DNA of 62,790 bases, counting the filler, from Asterionella formosa (taxonomy: Eukaryota), in the NCBI GenBank assembly GCA_002256025.1. It is 21 parts of 21 records of this genome, joined end to end, with 100 filler letters (N's around TTAATTAATTAA, not from the genome) between each part and the next. Parts side by side here need not be neighbours in the genome. Positions count along the whole stretch, not along the records: positions 1 to 19,140 come from NKIB01003801.1; 20 more parts are not named here. One strand, given 5' to 3'. This document shows, in pieces, positions 1 through 10,133 of the stretch. The notes under the pieces are model-generated. The model did not search any database. It saw only the letters and a list, made by a program, of their open reading frames with translations, and had not been told where the DNA came from. The stretch's first letter is position 1. The number at the start of each line of letters is the position of its first letter. Both the position numbers and the translations under genes were made by a program.

Positions 1-372
1 AGGCTTGGCGATGCTTTAGACTGCTTCTCTGAATCGTTATTCAAAGAATTGTGTGCTTCACCCTTGCACTAATTCACTTGTTTAACCTCGCGTGGTTGCT
101 CTTGTCTTCCCTTGTCTTAGCTGCCGACTCTTGGTTGTTCGATTCAACTCTAAAAGCTAGAACTTAATAGTCGCGTTGTCGCTATATTGAATTCTCAGCT
201 TCGACTCCTTCGAATTGCGTCGCGTGGTTTGTATCATCCGGTGCTCGCCTGATATACTAACTCCATCGCGTCCGTTCTTGTCCGTAATATCAAATACCGG
301 TATGTATGTAGCGAAAACAAAAGGCAATATATTTCAATCAGCCAACTTCCTGTACCAGGTAGCTTGTGCGTA

Positions 373-601
373 ACTGCAAGTTGCGGTTAAATACCAAACA
401 GTCAATTTAATTAATATCGGATAAAGGTAACTAAATAGTTAGCTTCAGCACAATTATCGGTACCGCAAAATTGCTGGTATGGTACAATACTCGGAGTAGC
501 AGTACATACATGCACTTTCCAGGGTACCTCCAAGATGCGGTTATAGTAGGATAAAGATAGCTAAACGTTTAGCTCCATCACAATTTACCGCAACTTGCTG
601 G
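373..601. mobile_element. Two adjacent copies (373-477, 527-601) of a ~100-bp MITE with TIR CCWGCAAGTTGCGGT and TA flanks
   Basis: ta-(a)ctgcaagttgcggtt...taccgcaaaattgctgg-ta and ta-cctccaagatgcggtt...taccgcaacttgctgg; shared internal ggataaagatagctaaa. Confidence 0.8.
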
Positions 602-736
602 AACTTGTACCGATGCAACGACATGCCGGTATAGTTATTTTACATACGACGTGCTACGACGCCCAATCACAACATCAGCTGAGGAAGTAAAAACTTCAAT
701 AAATTTGTTGTTGCAGTTAAACATCCCCACCAAGGC

Positions 737-2754
737 ATGACGGCGCCTCACGTCCTGCACATTGCGGGTTGGTCGTCATGTAAGTGAAATGATGCGTGAG
801 AAGAATTCAATCGGCAAAGATCGGTGCATAGGGACAAAACAAACTGGGAACGGGCCGCGCAGCAGACTTTGCACCGTTGACTTCATGGGATAAGCATGTG
901 TGCTCAACTCTCGCTTTCTTTGCTTTCATTTTTATCACAGGCGGATTCTATCGTAGGGCCGCCTCTGTGCTGTCATCCCTCAGCATTTTGTTTCCCGCAC
1001 AAATCAAGGTCGTTCAGCACGAATTCTCGGATCGCACAGACTTCCGTTCTTGGTTGATTGACGGCGGCTTCAGAGATGCCATGCACAATGACAAGGCAAA
1101 GTCGCACTCCTCCTCGCCGTTCGTCTGGTTTAGCGACGCATGTACTACCGAACCAAAGGTGGATGAGATATCTTCCTACCTCGGGGGTCATGACGATACA
1201 CTCGACTGGTGCCGCGGTTTTCTCTCCCCCACCGTCGCATCTGAAAACCCTGCTTCGATGATGGTAGACGATGGATATACCCAGGACCATAGCTATGACT
1301 ATGACTTGGTCGTCATTGGAGGGGGATCTGGTGGTATGGCGTCAGCCAAGGCTGCTGCTGAACTAGGAGCCAAGGTGGCTTGCTTGGACTTTGTCAAGCC
1401 CAGTCCGGCGGGAACAACATGGGGCCTGGGAGGCACCTGTGTCAATGTCGGCTGCATTCCGAAAAAGCTAATGCACCATGCATCCTTGTTGCGAGAAAGT
1501 ATACACGCCGACAGTGAATGCTTTGGTATTCATCATGCTACTGAAGATGGACAAGCAGCCTCGGATCTCAAGTGGCCGGATTTGGTTGAAAATATTCAAA
1601 ATCACATTCGTGGTCTCAACTTCAAGTACCGGGTGGCCTTTCGAGAGAAGAACGTTACATACCTGAACAAGTTGGCAGCATTCAAGGATGCACACACGAT
1701 TATAGCGACAGACAAAAAGGGCAAAGCGTCGGAAATTACATCAGCTCGTTTCTTGATTGCCACGGGTGGGCGACCCCTTCCACTTGATTGTGAAGGTGGA
1801 GAGTTGGCCATCTCTAGTGATGACATATTCAGTCGAGAGAAACCTCCAGGAAAAACCCTTTGTGTAGGAGCATCGTACATCGCTTTGGAGTGTGCTGGAT
1901 TCTGTGCTGGCTTTGGATATGACGTTACAGTTGCAGTTCGTTCCATTTTGTTGCGTGGGTTCGATCGAGAGTGTGCCGACAAAATTGGATTGTACATGGA
2001 AGACCACGGTGTCAAATTCAGGCGCGGTGTCCTTCCCAAGAAGCTAGAAAAAGTAGATAACGATCAGATCAAAGTGACTTTTACTGATGATTCAACGGAT
2101 ATCTATGATACAGTCTTGGTTGCAATTGGTCGTGTTGCCGATACGGATGCTCTGGGACTCCAGGCGATTGGTGTTGAGACCAACCCAACGAACAAGAAGA
2201 TAATTGCAAAGTACGAACAATCGTCATGTCCCAATGTGTATGCCGTCGGAGATGTCATGGAGGGATGTCCAGAGTTAACTCCAGTTGCCATTCAAGCCGG
2301 CCAATACCTGGCTAAACGGTTGTTTGGAGGTTCCACAGAACCCATGGACTATATCAATATCTGTACTACAGTATTCACTCCTATCGAATACTCTACTGTG
2401 GGATTATCTGAGGACGATGCCATTTCGAAGTACGGAAAAGAGAACGTCGACTGTTACATTCGTGAATTTATGCCACTAGAATGGAGCATGTCGCATGGGC
2501 GCGCTGGTCATATGGCGTTTGTCAAGGTCGTGACGGACAAGATGCCAGAAGAAAATGTTTTAGGGATTCACTACTTGGGACCCAATGCCGGTGAAGTTAT
2601 GCAGGGGTACGGAGTCTCCATGAAAAAGAAACTTAGGTTTGAATCCTTGAAGGACACCGTAGGTATTCACCCCACGTCCTCCGAGGAGATTGTCACTCTA
2701 GCTGTCAAGAAATCAAGTGGAGAGTCGGCTTCTGCCGGAGGATGCTGAGGCTAA
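737..2754 (+). CDS. TXNRD: High-Mr (animal-type) thioredoxin reductase, a selenoprotein with an N-terminal glutaredoxin-like domain (TGR-like). Exons 737-779 and 941-2754; Sec at TGA 2746-2748
   Basis: FAD motif GGGSGG, redox motif GGTCVNVGCIPKK and HPT..EE. The C-terminus reads GGA GGA TGC TGA GGC TAA = G-G-C-U-G-stop. ATG at 737, GTAAGT donor at 780 and pyrimidine-rich CACAG acceptor ending at 940 join in frame to give MTAPHVLHIAGWSSCGFYRRA. Confidence 0.93.
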
Positions 2755-2861
2755 GCCCTTTGACGCCGAAGTTGATCGTGCGTAATCACGAAAAATTTCG
2801 GCGTTAGAGGGCTCCGTCTGAAGAAATTCAGCGGTTTCGCTGCAACTGAGTTGATCCAGAG

Positions 2862-2939
2862 AATTCGTTTCGCTTCATGAGAATGAAGATCTCGCTCATT
2901 TTGTTGAGCTTGACCTGACATTGTGATTGCTGACGTTTC
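2862..2939 (+). promoter_or_regulatory. Candidate SECIS element with a non-canonical apical loop
   Basis: AUGAA (2883-2887) faces UGAC (2916-2919), giving a tandem G.A core. An imperfect 11-position upper helix pairs 2888-2898 with 2905-2915; lower helix UCAUGA/UUGUGA. It lies ~135 nt downstream of the Sec UGA and lacks the apical AA. Confidence 0.5.
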
Positions 2940-3073
2940 AGCTTTTTGTTTCTATCCACTTAATCTATCGTTCATAATCGACTTGATTCATATTTTTATT
3001 ATAATTTTAGTCTTCATTCCAATTTCCTGTGCATGCTTTCTGAATATTTAAAGAAAGAGTTTTAGCCGAAACG

Positions 3074-5689
3074 TCATGCAAAATAGCTGGTAACAGTCTC
3101 ACGGTCTCGTTCCAGTCGAGCTGCCCTGGTACGAATAGCCTCCAATGCTTGTGACAACCTACGTGTCGCTGATCCAGGAGGATTCTGTTCAAAGAAAGTC
3201 TCCACTTCATAGGCTTCCTCCAGTGTTCTCATGCCCCGGCACATCAAGCCGACGATTGGGCCCCACATGGGTCCTGAGGCAAACTTGGCCTTGATTTCCT
3301 CATATCGCCTTCTGAATAGTGACCAGCAAGCTATGCCACCTTCATCTGTGGACGACGAGAGCGAATTGAGTGGAAAACCAATATCCTGCAGGCGAACCTT
3401 GCCTGAGAAGAGAGCATAATCTAGCATTTCCTCGTGACGTGACAGGTCCTTGACACTGCCCAACACATCTAAACAGTTTCGCTGCTCTTCTGGAAAGGTA
3501 CTTGCTTCGAACATTAACTTTAATGCAGCAAAAGTGTAGGCCTCGTCGTGACGCATCGCCAATGCAAAGATGATGGACTGCAAATCGCCTGGAATCGCAA
3601 GTCCTTGATTTTCAAATGCACAGAAGCGTTGGAAACCTTCATAGCAGACGATTTCATCACCTGCCGCTGAAAGCACACGGATGATTGTTCCTCGAAGAGT
3701 CCCAGTTCTTGGACATTCTCCTTGCTTAGCATCCCATCCCAGTCTCTTCAAGTGACTGGAGAAGATCGTGGTCAAATAATTTTGAAATTTGGCGAAAAAT
3801 CCCTCTGAACGGTACAATGACGCTAAATTACAAAGATTCTCTGCCAACTCTTGCCATACGGCATATTCTGCTTCCTCGTGGTCACCAAAATCCTTAACAA
3901 AATCAAGCGAGTTTACAATGGGAGCATAACCAGATCGTCCAGCGGCAAAAGAATCAGAAATCAAACCCAGACGGTCAGTGGTGGAAAGAGGCCCAGAAGG
4001 ACTCATGGCACGCGCCAAGTTGTTCCACTGCTCATCGGTGTAGGCTACTCTATAGAAGCCAGATTGATCGACATTGAGCTTGAACCACTTGCCTTCGCTG
4101 GTCCACACCTGAATTTGTTCCAACAAACCTCGGGATTCATCTCCGGCTGGACCATGGATCACCCAAGGCCCCTGTACTTCGTCGGAACCTTCCACCAAGG
4201 CAGTTACAGGTATCGGCCACTGCTCCGAGTATTCACTTTCGTCTTTGCCTGGTCCACTGGCCAAAAACCGCGGTGTCAGAACGGTTGTCTCGGCTAGAAC
4301 TAAGATTGGAAATCCTGTTTGTGTTGTCCACGGAGTCATTAATTCCAACACTGGAACACCAGAAGCTTCTTGTAGTGCTTCCCACAACATGTGTGTTTCG
4401 GCATTTCCATATGCATGACGTTGCAAATATATCTGCATCCCAAGCATAAATTTATCGATGCCAATATACGTCGAAATCATTCGGACAAGACTTGCTCCCT
4501 TTGCATATGAAATAGCATCAAAGATTTCATTAATCTCATCCGAATGCGTGACTTTGACTTCGACTGGATGGGACGACTTCATACTGTCCAACGACATAGC
4601 CAGTCCATAGACTGATTGAACGAATTCGGTCCATGCATTCCACCCCGGAAAGATTTTGTCAATAGCCACAAACTCCATATACCGAGCCACACCTTCCTTC
4701 AACCACAATTGCGTCCAAAATTCCATTGTGACGAGATTACCGAACCACATATGGGCCAACTCATGACATACCGTTCGGGCAATGCCACGGAGTGTGGATT
4801 GTGACGTGCTATCAGTGACCAAAATCTTGGCTTCCCGATATGTGACAAGTCCCCAATTTTCCATAGCACCAGCAGCAAAATCTGGAACGGCTACAAGATC
4901 AGATTTTGACAGTGGATAAGGGACTTGAAACAACTTTTGGTACAAATCTAAGCATTTGACGGCAGTGTCCAAGCAGAATTGTCCTTGAGCCGCCTTCCCG
5001 GGGACAGTGTAAACCGTCGTTGCAATACCGTTCGAAATTGTGGAAATGGAATCTAGTTCTCCAACCACAATTGCCAATAGATAAGTACTCATCTTTGGAG
5101 TTGGCTGAAAGGTAATTGTCTTGTTTGTTCCTGTCGTGTGGATGGATGCTGGCGGAGTATTCGACAAACACGAGAGGGTTCTGGGAACGGTGACGGTGAG
5201 GCGAAAGACAGCCTTCAATGCCGGTTCGTCGAGACAAGGAAATGCCCTGCGAGCGTCGGTGGGTTCAAATTGAGTTGTGGCCATTGTGGTAAGGGACCCA
5301 TCCAAGGCCTTGTAAGTGGATCGGTAGAAGCCTCTCATCAGGTCGTTGAGGACACCGCGAAAGAAGATAGTCAGTATGTATTCCTTGCCTTGCGCCCAGG
5401 TGAATTCATCGAAGATTATCTCCACAGTCTGATTCTGTTTTTGGTATCGAAACTCGTTAGCCTGCTTGATGCTATCGTGATCGCTATTTCCCTGGCCTTT
5501 CAATGTAGCAGATACTAGGTATAAATCTAAGGCGTTGAGGGTAATGCTACTCCCAGTCGTTGCTAATGCCGTCAAATGAATAGAGACAACTCCGTCAAAT
5601 GCATGGTTTTCTAGATCAATCGTCGTGTATGACAAATCATAGAACGAGGGTTTGCCAATGGCCTGCAAGCGGCCGTTAGTAGATGGCAT
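3074..5689 (-). CDS. M1 family aminopeptidase (puromycin-sensitive aminopeptidase-like) with ERAP1-like C-terminal domain
   Basis: TQFEPTDARRAFPC, GAMENWGL, HELAH-x18-E zinc motif and FDAISYAKG; intact 871-aa ORF. Confidence 0.95.
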   Translation of the reverse strand: MPSTNGRLQAIGKPSFYDLSYTTIDLENHAFDGVVSIHLTALATTGSSITLNALDLYLVSATLKGQGNSDHDSIKQANEFRYQKQNQTVEIIFDEFTWAQGKEYILTIFFRGVLNDLMRGFYRSTYKALDGSLTTMATTQFEPTDARRAFPCLDEPALKAVFRLTVTVPRTLSCLSNTPPASIHTTGTNKTITFQPTPKMSTYLLAIVVGELDSISTISNGIATTVYTVPGKAAQGQFCLDTAVKCLDLYQKLFQVPYPLSKSDLVAVPDFAAGAMENWGLVTYREAKILVTDSTSQSTLRGIARTVCHELAHMWFGNLVTMEFWTQLWLKEGVARYMEFVAIDKIFPGWNAWTEFVQSVYGLAMSLDSMKSSHPVEVKVTHSDEINEIFDAISYAKGASLVRMISTYIGIDKFMLGMQIYLQRHAYGNAETHMLWEALQEASGVPVLELMTPWTTQTGFPILVLAETTVLTPRFLASGPGKDESEYSEQWPIPVTALVEGSDEVQGPWVIHGPAGDESRGLLEQIQVWTSEGKWFKLNVDQSGFYRVAYTDEQWNNLARAMSPSGPLSTTDRLGLISDSFAAGRSGYAPIVNSLDFVKDFGDHEEAEYAVWQELAENLCNLASLYRSEGFFAKFQNYLTTIFSSHLKRLGWDAKQGECPRTGTLRGTIIRVLSAAGDEIVCYEGFQRFCAFENQGLAIPGDLQSIIFALAMRHDEAYTFAALKLMFEASTFPEEQRNCLDVLGSVKDLSRHEEMLDYALFSGKVRLQDIGFPLNSLSSSTDEGGIACWSLFRRRYEEIKAKFASGPMWGPIVGLMCRGMRTLEEAYEVETFFEQNPPGSATRRLSQALEAIRTRAARLERDRETVTSYFA

Positions 5690-5990
5690 GGATGTTGGAA
5701 TTGTTGGCTTCTTTTATTATGTTGCATGAGAGAAAGCAAACTACCGGTATTTCATAGAGCTACTACAGTACCTAGTAAATAGGACAGAGGGTACTGCACA
5801 TATATTGTAAGCTATACGTGTGAAACATACCGGTAGACTGGTCTACAGTACAGGTATGTGTAATAAGTAGAACATCATTTGGCTGATATAGTACTCCGTG
5901 CGTAGAAAGCTACATTTTATTTGACAATTTGCTTTTGCTCACCACTTTAGAAGCAATTTTGGTCGAGGATGGGAAGCTACGTATGTACTA

Positions 5991-6080
5991 GAGAGGCGGT
6001 CATTTTGCTTAAATAGACAATTTAATCTATGATAAAGATAGCTAAATCTTTAATTAAGCAAAATTACCGCAACTTGCTGG
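5991..6080. mobile_element. MITE copy (same family)
   Basis: gcggtcattttgcttaaatagacaatt...gataaagatagctaaatc...aaaattaccgcaacttgctgg. Confidence 0.8.
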
Positions 6081-6280
6081 CATCGCCGGTATGCACATAT
6101 TGCTTGTGTTTCCTCGATTCTTAAAAAAAAAGGTACCAGTAACCTGGTACTAGAACTGGTATTGCCTTGCTACATATAAGATGTACTAATTCTTTTGATG
6201 TTATTCACGGTAAGCTATCATATTAGACTGTTTTGAATCGACCCGCCGCTCTGATTTGATACCACTCTATCCACGTCGTT

Positions 6281-7867
6281 ATGAACTGCGTCGTGGATCT
6301 AACAGAAGATGATACATCGCCGCCCCCATGGAATCCAATTGGAGCAGAGCTGAGCGCCGAAATTGTTGATTTGCTGGAAGATGACTATTGTGCCTCTGAA
6401 TCCACAACGATTCCTTCACCTGTTGCTGCTAGAGTACCCCAGCATGAAACGATTGCGATTGATGATGACAGTGAAGAAGAAGTAGATGGAAACATATCTG
6501 AGCGTCATCTTACTTCCTCGTTTTCGATCACGATTCGGCAAACAGGAACTGCATCAATGGACCGCAAACGCATACGGCAAAGCGATGAACAAGAACAAGC
6601 TAGAATAACATTGCGTCACGAGTGGAATAAATTACAAACCATGGCTTCATCCAGCACAGATACTATTCAGAGCGCAAATATCTGTGGCAACCAATGTGGT
6701 GGATCAGACACATCGTCACAGACACAGCGGAGCATAATAGAAGGGAGCAAGAAAGGCATTCATTTTTGTGTGACTAATGGCAAGCCGTCATCATCAGATA
6801 TTATCCAAAATGGCGAGAAAAGAAAGCGAAAAATGCCTGTAGGGGTTAAACCGAAGTCGAAAAGCGTTGGGACAGAAGACACCGACTCACTGTCAAAAGC
6901 GAACAAATTTGTTGATCCAGCACAGGAAGATTCAGTAAACATAGTGTCACTCGACAGTTACCGTTCCGTGGAAAGCCTAGCCAAGTCGAAGGCGAAGAAG
7001 GAATTGCAAGAGAACAATATCAAGGATTTCGAATTTCCCGAGGCACGAGATCACTCAATGAAGGCTGCGGCAAGCCTGTCAGGGTTGAAGTTACCAGCAA
7101 CCTTCCACGAGAGCAGCACCAATGCATTCATAGATAATATCGATGATGTCAAGACACATCACAAATCCGTGCAACCTGCAGAACCCCTGCCAGCTTCGAA
7201 GATATCAGAACAGGGGCAAGAGAATATAATGCACACCCCTAAAAAAGTATTGGATTTGACAGGAGACCCCGACCTATCCAAGCCACCCGATGTTACCGAG
7301 GAGCCTAATTTTATACTGATTGAATCTAGTGACGAGGACGAACCAGAAAATGTTTGCAGTGAGCAACAAAGACCGAATCATCTTAACTACATTCGAGGAA
7401 AGCTATATCCCAAGAGGACACAAACCTTCAGATTACATTGGAATATTCGATCCAAGTCAGACACATCCAACCCAACGAAGTTTCAAAAGACAAACGACTA
7501 CAACTATGAAAAGTCACGAAATGAAGCACTTGCAGAGCAGGAGCGCTTGCTGACCAGCGCTCATGCGCGCATGCGAAGAGAAAAGGAGCGCATCCATGTC
7601 CTTCATCACAACCAAAGCTTTCCACTGGATGGTCCCACATTTACGAGGCCAATATCTGACTTGACCAAGCTCAGTCGAGATCATTTCAAGTGGCTGGACC
7701 TGCAGGCACGAATGGGATTGCCGAAGGATGCAACTCATACTATGATCAAGAGCCAATATCGCAAACTAGCGCTAGCATATCATCCTGACAAGTGCACACT
7801 AGCAGATGCTTCGACAAGATTTCAAGCCATAACGGAAGCGTATCATAAATTAATTGGAAAGGAATGA
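6281..7867 (+). CDS. Largely disordered protein with a C-terminal DnaJ (J) domain
   Basis: C-terminal MGLPKDAT...IKSQYRKLALAYHPDK...FQAITEAYHKL. The acidic low-complexity N-terminus carries SIM-like motifs. Confidence 0.85.
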   Translation: MNCVVDLTEDDTSPPPWNPIGAELSAEIVDLLEDDYCASESTTIPSPVAARVPQHETIAIDDDSEEEVDGNISERHLTSSFSITIRQTGTASMDRKRIRQSDEQEQARITLRHEWNKLQTMASSSTDTIQSANICGNQCGGSDTSSQTQRSIIEGSKKGIHFCVTNGKPSSSDIIQNGEKRKRKMPVGVKPKSKSVGTEDTDSLSKANKFVDPAQEDSVNIVSLDSYRSVESLAKSKAKKELQENNIKDFEFPEARDHSMKAAASLSGLKLPATFHESSTNAFIDNIDDVKTHHKSVQPAEPLPASKISEQGQENIMHTPKKVLDLTGDPDLSKPPDVTEEPNFILIESSDEDEPENVCSEQQRPNHLNYIRGKLYPKRTQTFRLHWNIRSKSDTSNPTKFQKTNDYNYEKSRNEALAEQERLLTSAHARMRREKERIHVLHHNQSFPLDGPTFTRPISDLTKLSRDHFKWLDLQARMGLPKDATHTMIKSQYRKLALAYHPDKCTLADASTRFQAITEAYHKLIGKE

Positions 7868-8307
7868 GCTTTTCGTGTTTGGTCCACTTGAAAGTCATTG
7901 AGACGAATCTTGTTTTGATGCCTGCTATTGTATGCTGCATTCTTTGATGTTGACCATGCTCGCCTCATGACTTCGGTTGGTGAGTTGGTTGTGATGAAGC
8001 ACACAATTGAAGTGTTCCGAACTTTGGTGGACATTTTTTGGAATAAAAGCGCCTTTCAAGGCCTTGGTCGCTACATGTTGTTTGTATTGTCATGAAGGGT
8101 GAAGTGTCGACTTTTACTCGGCGGGGCACAAGTTGCTTGTTTCCAAAAATTCCAATTTGCAGCGCTTTCAAAATTACCAGTAGGGCAGCTTCCCATCAGA
8201 CTCCAACAAGCACCTGAATCAACAGGGTGCCGTATCGCAATGTGAGTCATCATAACTTAAACGACAAACAATTGTGAAATGCTAACAGTCGATTCTATTC
8301 TATGTGG

Positions 8308-9312
8308 TTAGTCTGTGCTTTCTACCCTTCGCTGCTCATTGACTCTATTGATTGCGGCGTAAATATTGTCTGCAGTCCAATCGTCTTTCGTCAGCGCATC
8401 TTCAAGGGAAAATTGAGCCTGTTGCGTTCTCGTCAAGTGAGTCATTGTCGCGACAGAATCCAACTTGTACCCGATGTCCCGTATTAGCGATCGAATATAC
8501 GTTCCTCCTCCGCACTCGATGTTGATATCAAAGCTAGGTAACGTAGCGTCAACTAGTTCAAGCTTGTAAACAGTAACTTTCCGGGATTCAATCTCAAGAT
8601 CCTCTGCCGTCTTCCCCTCTCTCCCCGCTTCATACAATTTCTTTCCGTTCTTCTTAATCGCAGAAAATATTGGCGGGATTTGCTGAATGTCGCCGGTGAA
8701 CAAAGGAAGACATTTCTGAACAGCATCGACGGTGATATGATCTGTCGGCATTCTCTTGGTAACATTTCCTGACGGAGACATGTCAAGCGTTGTCGTTTCG
8801 AAACCAAATTCTCCACGTGCGAAATACTTTTTCGAGCCAGACAAGTAGGATTGCAGTTCTTTGGTGCCCTTTCCAATCCCCACCACAAGCACTCCGGTGG
8901 CAAGCGGGTCTAACGTGCCGCCGTGTCCAGCTCGAATGATGCGGCTTTTATTCTTCCTCGAAGTCACTTTGGTTGTAGTTCCTCCTCTACGGCGAGTATC
9001 TCCTTCCAACAACCCTCGAATGTAACTCACCACATCGCTAGAAGTCCACTCCAGGGGCTTTACCACGGAAAATATTCCTTCTGCTCTATAGAGAGCAACA
9101 TCGTCAGATAAATTAATTTGATCATCGGAAGAAGTGGAGCTATGTAACGCAATTGCTAGCTTGAAACCACGGCAACGTGGTTTGCCAGCAAAGGAAAAAC
9201 CCAGAGCACCTCGCGATAGACCGGCTTGTAGCAGCGCCATGAAATTGATCACTCGCAGTAGTGGCGAGATTCGGAGTGAGGCCGGTGACGACTTTGCGGC
9301 AAGCAAGAACAT
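8308..9312 (-). CDS. truB: tRNA pseudouridine(55) synthase TruB, probably organelle-targeted (start could be the ATG at 9240)
   Basis: KPLEWTS, GHGGTLDPLATGVL, PPIFSAIKKNGKKLYE, CGGGTYIRSL and LTRT motifs; N-terminal extension. Confidence 0.93.
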   Translation of the reverse strand: MFLLAAKSSPASLRISPLLRVINFMALLQAGLSRGALGFSFAGKPRCRGFKLAIALHSSTSSDDQINLSDDVALYRAEGIFSVVKPLEWTSSDVVSYIRGLLEGDTRRRGGTTTKVTSRKNKSRIIRAGHGGTLDPLATGVLVVGIGKGTKELQSYLSGSKKYFARGEFGFETTTLDMSPSGNVTKRMPTDHITVDAVQKCLPLFTGDIQQIPPIFSAIKKNGKKLYEAGREGKTAEDLEIESRKVTVYKLELVDATLPSFDINIECGGGTYIRSLIRDIGYKLDSVATMTHLTRTQQAQFSLEDALTKDDWTADNIYAAINRVNEQRRVESTD

Positions 9313-10133
9313 AAGTGTAACAATCCGTCTCTATACTCTTGGAATTGCAAATGAGAATAGTTTAATTAGACGACGGCAATCTTCATTTTCGTCACCGTCG
9401 CCCATGATTACTTTCCTTGTTTTCTTTCTACGTAACATGTATGTTGTACTACATTACTACTACCGGTATGCTGTAGCTACCGACACTCTTCCTCCTGCTA
9501 CATAATTTTTTTGATCATATCCACTTATTTTATCACGATGGGTTTAATGTTTAATGTTGATGGTGCCAATACTTGATAGGATATGGGCAGTTTTTAATTT
9601 AGACCACCAACCAGTATTGTCCTTAACTCTTCTCATGATCACGTTGTCCATCAATTTCGAATCTGACCCTCACAATTAAAATTGAATCTATGGTTCCTTG
9701 TACCAGGGTATATACCAGGGGTGGATTCTGTGAGGTAACCATTCACTAAAGACAACAATTTTACTATTCTGGACCTCGGAGTTGTCAACCTATCCTGTCT
9801 CCTTCAAGCGGCCGACAGGAAAATACTACCTTAGTGATACTACCTACAATTTTGCTTACCTTCAAAATATGTGCAGGTACTAACTAAGTAAGGGAAATAT
9901 CATAGTACCCTCGTTGTCATCTTTGTGTTTCCGGGGTCCGCAACCTCACTTACGGTAAAGCATGGCAATTCTGCCATTGTAAATAGTCTTCACACAGCCA
10001 TGACAATTTCTCATGGCAGACAACAACATTAGTCACTTATTGATACAACATTTCAGGGCTATGCGCTATGTAGTTATATATTCTCTCATATTGTAATAGG
10101 TTTTTAGTTGTCACTCTTTCACTTATGAAATTC

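Noticed and set aside
1..290. Possible LTR end at the start of the window
   Set aside because: It ends in ...TATCA and looks LTR-like, but no second copy, PBS or coding domain is present to support it.
877..940. Listed TTG start and hydrophobic N-terminus of TrxR
   Set aside because: It lies within the predicted intron (780-940); the hydrophobic stretch is the polypyrimidine tract.
3074..7867. Additional UGA read-through in other genes ending in TGA (aminopeptidase, J-protein)
   Set aside because: Their domains are complete at the stop, with no Cys/Sec motif context and no SECIS-like structure noticed.
7843..8253. Small minus-strand ORFs between the J-protein and TruB genes
   Set aside because: They are short, have no recognisable motif and fall in convergent 3' UTRs.
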